Source of the DNA: a virus
Lineage: Duplodnaviria > Heunggongvirae > Uroviricota > Caudoviricetes
DNA length: 64,000 bases
IMG/VR virus record: IMGVR_UViG_3300028805_000051
Span: 43,394-107,393 of that record
Direction: 5' to 3' (one strand)
The position numbers and the translations under genes are program-made. The stretch's first letter is position 1. The number at the start of each line of letters is the position of its first letter. Below are positions 52,794 through 64,000 of the stretch, piece after piece. Under the pieces are notes generated by a model. The model was not told where the DNA came from. It made no database searches and saw only the letters and a program-made list of their open reading frames with translations.

Positions 52794-53870
52794 TTAACCA
52801 TAGATATCATCTATAGATGTCGCGCCAGGGTTACCTCCTGTATTCTATGGTCTATAAACAACTTTACCAGAAGATTTTTTACCATCTTCTAGACCTTTTT
52901 GATAACTAATCTGTTTTTGGTTCTTTATTTCGTTTACAAAATATTCAGAAATACTGTTAAGAGCATCGCGTCCTTTAAGAGTCCACCAAGCCATTTCGAC
53001 AAGTGTTTTTGGATCATTTAATGCTTTTCCAAAATAACTCATTCCAGAATCATCTATATCTAAAATAAAGGAAGCAATGTCTTCCATGTCTTCAACTTCT
53101 AAATTCAAATCTAAATCTCCGACCTTATTAAGTGATTGAATACTGGCTAGAACAGAATCTTTAAATTGATTAAATTGTTCATTTTGTGTTTGCTGTTGTT
53201 CAGCCAACATTTGTTGTTTGTATTGCTCTTCTTGTTCTTTTAGAGCTTTTCTCATACCAGCAACTCTTCTTTCGAAGAGTGGATCTTCTTTAGCTTTATT
53301 TAAGGCAGATTTAATTTCTTCTTCAGAAGCATCTTCAATCTTGTCTTGTAAATCTAGCATAAAAATTTCATCATCACTTAAATCATCTATTGAATATTGT
53401 GGAGCATTTTGTAAATACTCAGCATAATCTTGAGCTGCTTTTTGTCGAATTGTATTTATATATTGTGTAGGAGATAATTTACTTGCTCTAAGTTCATTAA
53501 TGAACATAATTTCATCATCTGATAAATCACGCTCTGGCTCATTTCCAGAAGTAGTAAGAATATTCATCTTTTCTTCAAAAGATAATTCACTCCAAGACTT
53601 ATCTTTTACAATTCCATCATCATCTTCAAATTTAATATGTTCTGGATCACTAATTCCATTATATTTTAAGAAACTAGTAATAACATCTTCTTTACCATTA
53701 TCCTAACCTCCGTTATTATTATTTGGATTTGTATCAGAGTTTGGATTTGGGTTTTGAGGATTTGGTTCAGGTGGATTTCCACCATCATTACCATTCTCAG
53801 AAGGATTGTTCACCTAAGGATTTGGCTCATTTCCTTCGATTGGTTCAAAATCAATTTCGTCAAAATTCAT
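52794..53870 (-). CDS. Acidic scaffold-like protein upstream of MCP (~358 aa, TAG=Gln)
   Basis: Starts MNFDEIDF; Pro/Asn-rich N-terminus; ALNDPKTLVEMAWWTLKG motif; ends SIDDIYG-TAA. Confidence 0.75.
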
Positions 53871-53980
53871 ATTACATTAATTCATTTAAGTTAAACATAA
53901 GTATCATCTACTTAGTCTATTATAACTAATATTTAAAATAATTCAAAGTATTTTATATGAAAATTAATTAAAAATTAACT

Positions 53981-56900
53981 TTAACTCTAAATTTTTGGTG
54001 CATAACTAATCTGAATATTTAGATCTCCAAGTCTATAGTTAGTTGTAGTAGATAAATAATATAAATCAATTCTAATTGAATAGATTAAATCTATAATTTC
54101 CTAATCTTCATCAGCTTCAGATAATGTGTTTTGTGTATTATCATCAGGCTAATCATTATCATCCCATGAAAAAAGTACAGGATCTGTATCTAGAGTAACA
54201 CCACTACTTTTGACTAATATTCCTACATTTGTTGTTTGATCCAAAAAATTATGTACTTTAGCAAAACTTGGAAAAATTGGTTTCTATCCCCTTTCTATAG
54301 ATCCTGACGTATTTAAAAATTTAACTTCTGATATTCCATTTAAATTAATTGATAACTAATCTTTGCTAAATCCAAATTTATTAAATATACTGTTCCAATC
54401 TTTTCCAAATATTATTACAATTCTATCATTTTTTACAGTCACATATAAATCATTTTGTTTATAATATAATATAGGGATTGTTCCGGATATATTATTATAA
54501 AAATCAAATAAATCTAACAACTTATCTGGATTATAATAACATAATAATTTTTTATTCAAATTGTTATTTGTTAAATTTTTATAAATAAGTGTATTTCCTT
54601 TAAAATTATAAGTATCATATACACCACTGAAAGTAGATCCAGTAAATACAAGCTAATTTGATAATAGAGTACCGTTTAATATTGGAATATATCTATTCAT
54701 ACTGTAATTAGAAAGTGTATTTAATGATATTCCTTTTGAAAAAGATATTCCACTTCCTTCAGATAATAAATCAAAGTTAATAGAAGAATTATTTTCTTCA
54801 TCAGATACTAAGTATACTCCAAAATAATTATTACTATTAACTCCAATTCCTAAACCATTTCCCTATAAATTAGTTTGTAAATTATTATTTCTTAAAGTAA
54901 TTACATACTTAGATAATGCTACTGTCCCAGTAACACTATAACTATCAGGGGCATTTGTTGGATTCCAAGCACTAAGATCAGTGCTTTGTGTGATGGCAGG
55001 AGTACTACTCTACGTTGGATTATAGAGATTATCTGTATCCAAATAATTATCTATACTAATAGTTTGCTAATCTATAGTACTTCCTGGTTCTACTATTCCA
55101 GGAGATGTATGAGTAGTTGGTATATAATCTTTAATATTATAATTATTATCAATCTGTATTAAAGCAACATATTCTAAATAATATGTTATATCATCATTAT
55201 GATAATTTGTAATATTTATTGAATTATTTTGATATTTCTCTCCAGACAAAGTAGTGATTTTCTCAGAATCTAGTAACCCTATTTCTTTTGCATTATTATT
55301 ATTTATTATAGCTTGTTTATCTCTTTTAATAATACAATTTTGTTGAGATATCCATTTATGATTAAGATAATGATTCACCGTATCTGTTTCTCCTCTAGCA
55401 GTCGTTTCCCAAGTTATTCTAAAACCAGATATTAAAGTTATATATCCAGAAAAAGTTTCAAATGTATCATTAATACCTATATTACCTCTATATGCAATAT
55501 CATGTAATGTTAATGATACTAATGAATCACTTAATGTAATATATTTACTCTAATTGTTAGATAATGTAAATTGTGCAATTCTTTTAATAAATTTTCTACT
55601 ATCTAACAATTCTTCATTTTGAAAATATGTGTGATAATTTGGAGAATATACATAATTATAAACAGGATTACCTCCTAAAGAATATCTAACCGCATTAACT
55701 TGACTTACAGAGGATGGATTCGTAATAATATTTCCCTATGCATCTTTTAAATTTCTATTTAATATTACATTCTAAAATTGCACAGAAATTGGACTACTAT
55801 TTGTTGCATCAAATTCAATTTTTCCTTCCTCAATATTATTGTTATATGCGTGCTAACTATCTAACTAATAGTTATATATTGGACTCTCATCTTTTGTATA
55901 GTTACCAATACTAGATATTTTAGTTTTTATTGTCTATTCCTTTTTAAAATATATAGCAGGATAATTTACATTTTCTACTTGTCTATGTCCTTTATTATCA
56001 GTTAAATGGATGGATTGCTAATCATCCCCAATTGTTGCTTCTTTTAAATCCATACCTTGTGCAGTAATTTTACCAGTAGTTCCAGACACTACAACAAATG
56101 GAGCAGATTTATCTATCTAACTTGTAGATTGATTTAATACAGGATAATTACTATCAGAAATAGGTTCAGTAACATCAAAATCTGGATTTTTCACAAATCC
56201 ATCTGTATCAAATGCTATTAGATTTTTTGTTTCTATATAATCAGAATTAAACTTACCATCTTTAAACATACCTGCTGTAACTACTCTTTGTACAGCATAA
56301 TAATCACCAGAATCAGAGTCTGAAATCATTGCTCCATTATTATATATATAAAATACATTTCTAGGAGCTTCATAATAATTATTAAATAGATATGATTCAT
56401 CAGTAGTAATGTCTATAATTGAATTAGATGGATGAAATACAGAAGATCCAATATCTGTTTTCTTAAAATCAACATATTTTAAATATTGATTACTACTTTG
56501 TCCATTTACTCTATCAATATATTTTTTATAGGATAAATTAGAAAGAAATGATTGCTAAACATATCTTACTACAAAGTCTAAATTTGAATAATCATTAGGA
56601 ATATATATTTTATTTGAATATGTCCAACTTGTTGGAGAAGTTTTTGCACAAATCATTTCATAATATGTAATACCATTTACAATAACTGATTTGTTTGTAT
56701 TAAACCAAATCTTATTACCTTGTAATAGAATTTCCTCATCACCATCACCAACAGTAGAAGGATCAATTTCTCCATCTGCATTATAAACAGCATCAGGATT
56801 CATTAATACAATGCCAGCATTTCCCAATGCCCATAAAGAGTAATCTCTTCCTAATTTTAATATTACATTATTATTTGTAGCAATAGCCCCAGTATAATTT

Positions 56901-58540
56901 GCTTCAGTGATTATACTATTAGCTTCAATTGTTGCTCTGATAGAAGAGTCTAATGAATTTAAAAATCGTTCAATTTCTTTAATATTTCCATTAGCTAATA
57001 AAATATCTTTATTAATGTCAACTAATGAACGACCATTATTAAGATAAAAATTTCCAGTTAAATAAACACTCTCTCCATACAATCCATACCCTCTTGGTTG
57101 ATTTGTCCCAAAAGTATAATTATGGATTCCAGTAAGATTACCCATTCTTACTTTAGTATTTGGAACAATATCTGCTACATATAATGTATTACTCTGTGAA
57201 TCTACTCCTTTAACTACTACTTCATCATACTAATTAGTTAATAGTAAACATCCACATTTTAATTCAGATTCTTCACCAGTATTTACATCTATACTTCCTG
57301 GTAAATAATACTAATTATTTTGTATTCTAGTATATAAGGAATTATTTACAAAGTATAATTCAAATCCTTGTTGTATTGTATTTTTTCTATATGTAAACTA
57401 TACACTAAATTTTAAATATTTAGGATTTGTTATATTTAATGTAGATAATAAATTTATAGACTAACTATATGTTAAATTTATGTTATTTGTAATTAGTACT
57501 TCTTCATCATAATAAGAATAAGTTAGTAATGTCTATAATATTTCACTAGCGGGAATAATTTCAGACTAAGCTCCTTTAATTCTAGTTAATTTAGGTAATA
57601 AATTAATAGTAGGATTTAATAATGAAGCTGCATTATAATTAATTATGATTGTATCAGTATTAGATAATCTAAATGAAATATCATCAGCATTATTAATACT
57701 AGTATTATTATTTATAATAGATAGTAATGTATAATAATATGATCTATCTGTACCAGTAGTAGTAATATCAGTTATTGGTTTAGTAACAGTATATTGAAAA
57801 CTTTTTTGTGGAAGTATTTCAATCTATCCATTGTCTCCGAATAAATAAATTGTATTACTAGGAACATTAATTGTATATATTCCAGGAGTAGTTATTATTA
57901 TAGATGATGTAACTGTAATTACATTATCTGTTATTGATGTAGTACTTGATTGCACAACATTATTTGAATCTTTAATAATAATATTTCCACTATTTAAAAT
58001 AGTTGAATTACTATTGAGATTAAATAATATTTTAGCAGTTGATAATGACTAGCTAGAATCATTAATTAATGTAGTCCCATTTATTAATTTACCTACTATT
58101 TCATTTGAATCATATAAAACATAAGTATCTCTTGTATCTTCATTTTCCTCAAATTCATAATAAGCAATTAATCTACACTACTTTAATTTATCTTTAATAT
58201 TAGTAGGTATTGCATCAATTAATGCATATGCAGATACATCATATAAATTATATTCTCTAATTGTTGTTTTATTTGAGTTTGGATCTATTAACCAAATATC
58301 AATTTGATCTAATCTATCAATACGGACAGGGATAAATCCAGATTCTTGATTGTATATTAATGCATAAAACTTATCACTATATTCAATAACAATATATTTC
58401 TCAATAGCATCTATTGTTTCATTTGGTATTTGTACACTATATACCTCTTCAACATCAGAAGCTAAACCAACAACATTATAAAATGTTTTTGAGGGAATTA
58501 AATTATTATCTTGATTAATATAAATTTTTATACCTTTCAT
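53981..58540 (-). CDS. Tail hub/fibre protein (~1519 aa, TAG=Gln)
   Basis: Track ORFs 58178, 56555, 56117, 55067 and 54356 share one frame, and most of the gaps were checked with only TAG stops found; VRMGNLTGI...GYGLYGESVYLTG motif. Confidence 0.7.
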
Positions 58541-61500
58541 ACTCTTGCTCCTATTTTTATTTGGATACTACTACCTTCATCTTGGTATGAAAATGAATTA
58601 TTATCACTTAATTGTTCTCCAGTTATTAACTTAGATTCATTTGTTGTAAAATATAATCCATTATTTATTATTATATTTCCATTACTATCATAAGTTAAAT
58701 GTTCTGGATTGATTGTATAATATCCTTCTTGTGAATTATCATTTCCTAACATTGAATAAGGTCTATACTAATCATATACTGCTTTTAGTAAAAGCATTAT
58801 AGAATCAGTTATAGTAGAATACTCTGTTATTAAATTTTGTTTAGCTACTGAATTTGGTAAACTATTAAAATTAATAGCTGTCCAAGTTTTATTTAAATTT
58901 TTTAATTGATCTCCAATGTACATAATGTACATGAACTTAGGCTTTTGTATATAAAACTTCCCTCTTCTCTAATTTCCATCATATATAAAGCTTCCTTCAA
59001 AAGTTTGATACTTAGGAGTTAGATAATTAATTGTATAATCTGGTCTATTAATATCAATTAATACATCTTGATATGGACTATTATTTTCAGAAGAAGTTAA
59101 GTACATAGAATTACGTCTATCTCCTGGATAAATACTTCCAATTCTAACTAAAGAATCATCTTTTTCTGGAGTACCGTAAGTACTTTTTAATAAAGCTTTT
59201 TTAAATATAGGATGATTCTTTATTTCTTCATAAGTTAATCCTAAAATTTTATTAGATATTATTAATTCTACTTGTGTAGCTATAGCTTCTTGAGTTTGTG
59301 CTGCAATTAATGCATTATAATAAGTTTGATATTCACTTTCAGGTATTAATACCTAAATACTCCACTAGATCTAGTCAAGCATTTCTGTTCGGTTGGCTGG
59401 GGATTCATCAACATATTTTTTCAATATTAATTCTGCTAAATTTAGATAATTATTAAATATAATTTCTAAACCTTCACTTTTATTATATAAAGTATCGTCT
59501 ATTTTAAGTTTTGTTTTAACTAATTCTCCATCTATAGTATATGAATATTCAACACTTTCATTAATTATTGACTCATTCTGTAATTGTATTACAAACCCAT
59601 AAGCATCAATTAATCCCAATACTAAACCATAATATTGTTTTATACTAGTACCTGTAAATTTCTAACATTTTAATATATCTCCTGGTTTAAATACTGGATA
59701 TTCATTATGACTTGATTCCAATATATATAGATTCATCCCATCTGTTAAATTAGATCCAAAATATTTATAATATAGATTTATATTTGAAATATCAGACTCT
59801 TTAAATATATAATAACCATTATCATCTAAAGTAGCAGTCTTACCATTTACTATAGTAAATAACTAATTTGTAAAACCGCTTATATCTTCTGGCTAAATAT
59901 AAAAAGATGATGTTAATATTTGTTCTAAATCTTCTACACTAGTAGAATTTTTCTAAAAGATGTGATATATTTGTATTATTTCGGCAGCAGCTAATGCTTT
60001 AAGTATAGATTCTGTAAATAAATCAGATATTGAATATTCAGGAGTAACTATATAGGACTAATGAATATGTCTCATTATTTTAATTTCATTACTCAAATCA
60101 TCTGATTTAAGAGCATTTTCTATATTTATAGTTGTCATTAAAATCCCATCTTCATCAATTTTTAAATATAAATTAGTTTTTGGGTCAGGTTCTTCCTCAC
60201 CAATTATAGGCAGATGATCTAAATTGTCTAACCGTTCATCTTTCGATATTATATTATAAATTCTAATGTAAGAATTTTCATCAATGTAATTACTTATTCC
60301 TTTTGAACCTAATTCATCTAAATAACTAGATAAATCTACTAATTCTTCGGAATCTGTATCAACCTCTTCAGTTGTCTGTGTAAACTTTTTCTTAAATTCA
60401 TCAATTTGGAGAATTCTAAATGTCCATTTACAAAAATCAAATGATGGTATTGTCTAACCTTCAGGAGATTGATTGTCTCTTGTAGCGTAAGGATGTGTTG
60501 AAGTATCTGGAGTTATAGAAGAAATATATAGATTGGGGTTTGAACTATTTGTTATTGGGATATAATATTTATCCTTATCAAATAAATTATTAATAAACTC
60601 TTCTGTTTGGACAACTGAATCGTAATCATCTTCATTTAAATATATAATATCATATATTTTATCAACTTTAAAACTATCAGTAACCCAAAATGATCCATTA
60701 GTTGCAGATATTTTATTTACGATTAATTCAAATACATTTAAAATTCCTCTAACTATAAGATTATCAATAGTTAATGTATTAGTTTCTGCATCTAATCTCC
60801 AACCATAACCAGTCATTCCAGACATAAATTGACTAGAACCAATACTACCATCAGTTACAATGTCACCTGTTCCTACTCTTATAGCTGTATTAGTATCTTT
60901 AAATGTAGCAGTTTGATTAAAATCAGTTTGATTCTAAAAATGAGTTTTTCCACTAAATGTAGCTTCTGCTTTTACTTCTAATTCTCCATTTATATTAACT
61001 GAATTATTAAAATCATTATGACCATCATGAATGTTACTACCTTTAAATCTCCAATTTCCATTAATAATTTCATCCTTATCCTTTTGAGCAAAATCATTTG
61101 GAGTTTTTCCTTGTAAATATTCAACATTAAGATTTTTTACTAACTCTTTAGATTTTATTTTTAATGGAACTCCATCATAAGCAATTTCTAAAGGACCAGT
61201 CATTTTATCCCCAGTTTTATTTACATACTTTTCAACAAGTTTATCATTATATTCAAGCAATAATAGTAATTCATCTTCATATTTCAAATATAAAATCTTT
61301 TTTAATACATCAAACACTAACATTCCTGATTTATAACTAGAGGGATCTTTAGCTCCAGTTGGTTCAATTATAACTCTACTAAAATCATTTGTAGATTTAG
61401 CAACTGTAGTTATAAAAGACTAAAAATCTTTATAACTATTACCATATCTTATCCAAATTTTTCCAAGATTTTCTAGCACTAAATCATGTAAATGATCTCC

Positions 61501-61551
61501 TACCACAATCTTTTTATTACCTAATACATAATCTTCTTTAATAAATTCCAT
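58537..61551 (-). CDS. Tail hub/fibre protein (~1004 aa, TAG=Gln)
   Basis: Starts MEFIKED; LVKNLNVEYLQG, FVSGMTGYGWRLD, VFELIVNKISATNGSFWVTD and GDILKCQKFTG motifs; TGA overlaps the next ATG. Confidence 0.75.
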
Positions 61552-61587
61552 AATTCATTTATATTATTTATAAAACATTAATTTACA

Positions 61588-61626
61588 ATAAAAAAGGAGT
61601 TATCAGAATAAATCCAATAACTCCTC
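61588..61626 (-). terminator. Intrinsic terminator
   Basis: AGGAGTTAT...ATAACTCCT followed by TTTTT. Confidence 0.75.
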
Positions 61627-61652
61627 AAATATAAAATTATTTTTACAATAAT

Positions 61653-62060
61653 TCAAATGAAATCATGCCAATTTATTTCTATTCCTTTTCCTTTTAAATC
61701 GGCACACCATCTATTAAAAACTAATCCCTCATAACCATCCGGATCATCTATTAAATCTTTCACATACAAAATAAGATGTTTATCATCTTCTATAGAACTA
61801 TCAAGAAAATCAGCTTTTGCCATATTTAATACATATAAACAATCATATAAATGATAATTTTGTATTGTTATGCCATATATTTCCATTAATTTATGTAAAT
61901 CAGATTCGCCTGATGGAGTAATGTCCACTTCGTTCCCTTCATTGTCTAGATAATACATCTAACTTACTGCGAAATTTAAAGTATGTTCATTAAAATGATG
62001 ACCATATTTATTTACATACTCATTTTTATCTTTGTGATGTACTCGTTCTACTATTATCAT
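61653..62060 (-). CDS. Conserved hypothetical protein (~135 aa, one TAG)
   Basis: YVNKYGHHFNEHTLNFAVSQ(TAG)M...YDCLYVLNMAKADFLDSSIEDDKHLILYVKDLIDDPDGYEG; ends TGA. Confidence 0.75.
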
Positions 62061-62526
62061 TGTTTTGAAGCATATTACAAATAGAATCAATTTTAGATTC
62101 TATTCCGCCAAGTTTATATTCTAAATTAAGTATCTTTTCTTCCTAGTCCTTCTATTTAGCATACTAAGGATTTAATTCTTTAAGAATATCTTCACAAGCT
62201 TCAACTTGATGTCTGTGCATTTCTACACTATCCAACACCTAATTACTTAATTTAATCATGCTCTCAACTTCTTGGACAATAGAATCTCTAGATTCACCTA
62301 TTAAAACATTACCAAAAGGAGCAACATTAAGATTGCTTGGAACTTGTTTAAATTCCTAATTTTTATCTTCAACTTTAACAGTTATATCCACTGTCGATTG
62401 AGTCATTCCATATGCTCCAAATTGATTTAATGGAGAACTAACGGAAACAACTTGACCAATTTTTAAGGAAGGTTCAGATTTATCTAAAATATAAACTAAA
62501 CTTCCCTGTCTTAGAGCAGAAAACAT
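62026..62526 (-). CDS. Conserved coiled-coil hypothetical protein (~166 aa, TAG=Gln)
   Basis: MFSALRQGSLVYILDK...ACEDILKELNPQ(TAG)YAKQ(TAG)KDQ(TAG)EEKI; ends TAA. Confidence 0.75.
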
Positions 62527-62528
62527 AA

Positions 62529-63382
62529 TTAACCGTTAGTTGTTGAAGTTGGTGTTGTATTATTATATCTATTTAAATATCCATTTAGTAAGTAAGCAGG
62601 TACTACTTCTAATTGTGGATACTGAACAACAGTAGTTGCAGGCTGTGCAGCTCTGATTGCATTAATTTGAGCCTATAAAGGAGCAATCATTCCAGCAATT
62701 ACCTGATTCTATTGTTCCTGGCTAATCTTAGTTCTAAGGTTAGTTTTCTCTTCAGTAAGTTCAGCAATTTTATCATGTAAATTCTAAGTTTGCATTTCAT
62801 TTAATTTGCTTACAATAATAGCTGTGTTACGATTATTATCGTCTTTTAAAGACTGAGTTTGTAACAACATGTTATTATTTATAGAACAAGTTTGAGCGGC
62901 TCTCTCATAGTTTGCACTTGAGAAATTCTACTGTAAAGTGTTGTTTAAACTATTAATATTGGTTGCTAAATCATACTGAATATCTTTCTGACCTAACTGG
63001 GTCTGATAATTTAATTGAGTTGTAAGAAGTCTATTCTCACAGCAACAAGATTGTAAAGCAGATGTTAAATCTTTGTTACCCATTAGAACAGAATTGATAA
63101 CTCTTTCTCCTGTTATTCCAGAAGCAGCTGCTACTCTGTCAACAGCATTTCTTACTTCACTAATAGCACCTTGCATAACTGCAGAATTAGTACCAAAAGC
63201 AGTAGCAAGCTCATTGATGGCAGTAGCACTACCATTAATTCCTTGAAGAACAAGGTCATTATTATGGTTAGTATTAACAGTGTCTTGAAGAGCTGCAATA
63301 GCACGTGAATTATAGTCAACACCATTGTCTCCTCCGTTGTTCCAACCATTGCGAAAGAACATCATCCATATAAGCCATATAA
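62529..63382 (-). CDS. Exon 2 of an intron-split membrane/coiled-coil protein (CCCE motif, TAG=Gln)
   Basis: Begins TT-ATA-TGG-CTT-ATA-TGG-ATG-ATG-TTC (xIWLIWMMFFRNGW) directly after the intron terminal G; contains LQSCCCENRL; TAA at 62529. Confidence 0.75.
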
Positions 63383-64000
63383 CATTTTGTTACGAATATA
63401 CCGCATCCGTATATTCTCTCTATGTTACCATAGAGTTCAGACTATATCATACTACTTTCGTAGTCCCTGCGCTTCGGGAATGCTATTCCCTACTCTACTC
63501 ACTTCCTGATATTCAGTGTTTTCGATAGTCGTTGAACCTTCCTTAAAGGCTTGGCTGCTGATTGTCCCATAGGGAGTTTCCAGCAATTCACAGGGTTTTA
63601 AATCCGCTTATAAGTCTTTTCTGGTCCATAAAAATCCATGATAAAGTTTATCTTTATTTACAACTCTTAATATATTACTAGCATTATAATTATTTGCTCT
63701 TGCAGCATCACCACTACCAGCATATGTTGCAAGTATTTTTCCAGTTTTTGGGTCAACTTTATTTATATATCCTTTAAATACAGGAGAATCTTCTCCTTTA
63801 ACACCATACATAGGATTATTTTCACCTTTATTCCCTTTACCTAAAACATCAATCCTATGACGTTGATTTTCAACATTAGTTACCCACTCAAGATTAGAAG
63901 CACAATTGTTTTCTTTGTTTCCATCAATATGATTTACATAATTTTTTTCTTCTGACCTTCCTTCACAGAAATAAACAGCTACAAGTCTATGTACATTAAA
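63383..64000 (-). mobile_element. Group I self-splicing intron (IA-like); its 5' part lies outside the window
   Basis: Minus strand shows P3 CCCTG/CAGGG, GAATTGCTGGAAA, AATCAGCAGCC, GGTTCAACGACTA and ATGATATAGTCT (P7 GACTA/TAGTC), extra stems between P7 and P3', P9 CTCTATG-GTAA-CATAGAG, and a terminal G at 63383. Confidence 0.92.
63608..64000 (-). CDS. Intron-encoded HNH homing endonuclease (5' end outside the window)
   Basis: VHRLVAVYF...VNHIDGNKENNCASNLEWVTNVENQRH (HNH_3 pattern), followed by NUMOD-like GENNPMYG and helix-turn-helix segments; TAA at 63608. Confidence 0.9.
   Translation of the reverse strand, partial: FNVHRLVAVYFCEGRSEEKNYVNHIDGNKENNCASNLEWVTNVENQRHRIDVLGKGNKGENNPMYGVKGEDSPVFKGYINKVDPKTGKILATYAGSGDAARANNYNASNILRVVNKDKLYHGFLWTRKDL

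Larger units (their letters stand above)
1..64000. other. Segment of a crAss-like (Crassvirales) phage genome; the late region uses TAG=Gln
   Basis: crAss-type gene set and order (tail hubs, scaffold-like gene, MCP, ring proteins, IHF-like, muzzle, cargo proteins, giant DFDID RNA polymerase), very low GC, and minus-strand ORFs broken only by in-frame TAG. Confidence 0.93.

Noticed and set aside
53690-53830. Low-complexity ttgg/gatt repeats, also the gctggttca repeats near 33040-33080
   Set aside because: They encode Pro/Asn or Ala/Glu/Pro linkers; there is no regular spacer structure, so they are not CRISPR or regulatory arrays.
53871-53980. Candidate late promoter in AT-rich intergenic gaps (also 33160-33263 and 61552-61590)
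   Set aside because: No Bacteroidetes TAnnTTTG element and no convincing shared motif beyond A/T runs; not supportable without TSS data.
3740-63382. Massive pseudogenization or sequencing errors explaining the fragmented minus-strand ORFs
   Set aside because: Fragments stay in one frame per gene and are separated only by TAG in every stretch checked; essential motifs are intact.
5013-63528. Short + strand ORFs in the track (e.g. 5013, 7257, 19593, 31251, 33839, 42548, 50312, 63325)
   Set aside because: They lie antisense to long recoded genes or the intron, show no recognisable motifs, and are expected shadows in AT-rich DNA.
1-64000. Suppressor tRNA, DGR reverse transcriptase or template repeat, CRISPR array, inteins
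   Set aside because: None recognised by eye. There is little intergenic space and no second copy of the GC-rich VR. A small intein in the giant genes cannot be fully excluded without profile searches.

Overview
This window is about 64 kb of a very AT-rich crAss-like (Crassvirales) lytic phage genome, probably infecting a Bacteroidales host. Positions 1-3.7 kb on the + strand hold nucleotide-metabolism genes (thyX, a metallophosphoesterase, a dNMP kinase) that read normally in the standard code. A bidirectional terminator follows. Everything from 3740 to 64000 is a minus-strand late/virion region in which TAG is read as Gln (code 15-like). The many short minus-strand ORFs in the supplied track stay in frame across TAG codons and join into about 25 long genes that end in TAA or TGA. 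These genes include four large virion-cargo proteins (SF1-helicase-containing, the DFDID virion RNA polymerase, a zincin, and a PD-(D/E)XK nuclease), smaller cargo proteins, a holin-like gene, DUF192, two muzzle/tail-stabilization-like genes, ring and IHF-like proteins, the major capsid protein, a scaffold-like protein and tail hub/fibre proteins. A group I intron carrying an HNH homing endonuclease runs off the right edge. The main candidates for something new are three. (1) A cysteine sits at every internal N/C-terminal junction of the four large ejection proteins and at neither outer end, suggesting a head-to-tail linked protein train. (2) A GC-rich DGR variable repeat with an adenine-mutagenesis footprint is nested in the middle of a tail protein, with no TR or RT in the window. 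(3) A recurring [FYH]xxGG motif marks the cargo proteins. Frames were checked by hand at gene ends and in sampled stretches, not base by base. Family names come from motif recognition only; no database search was run.
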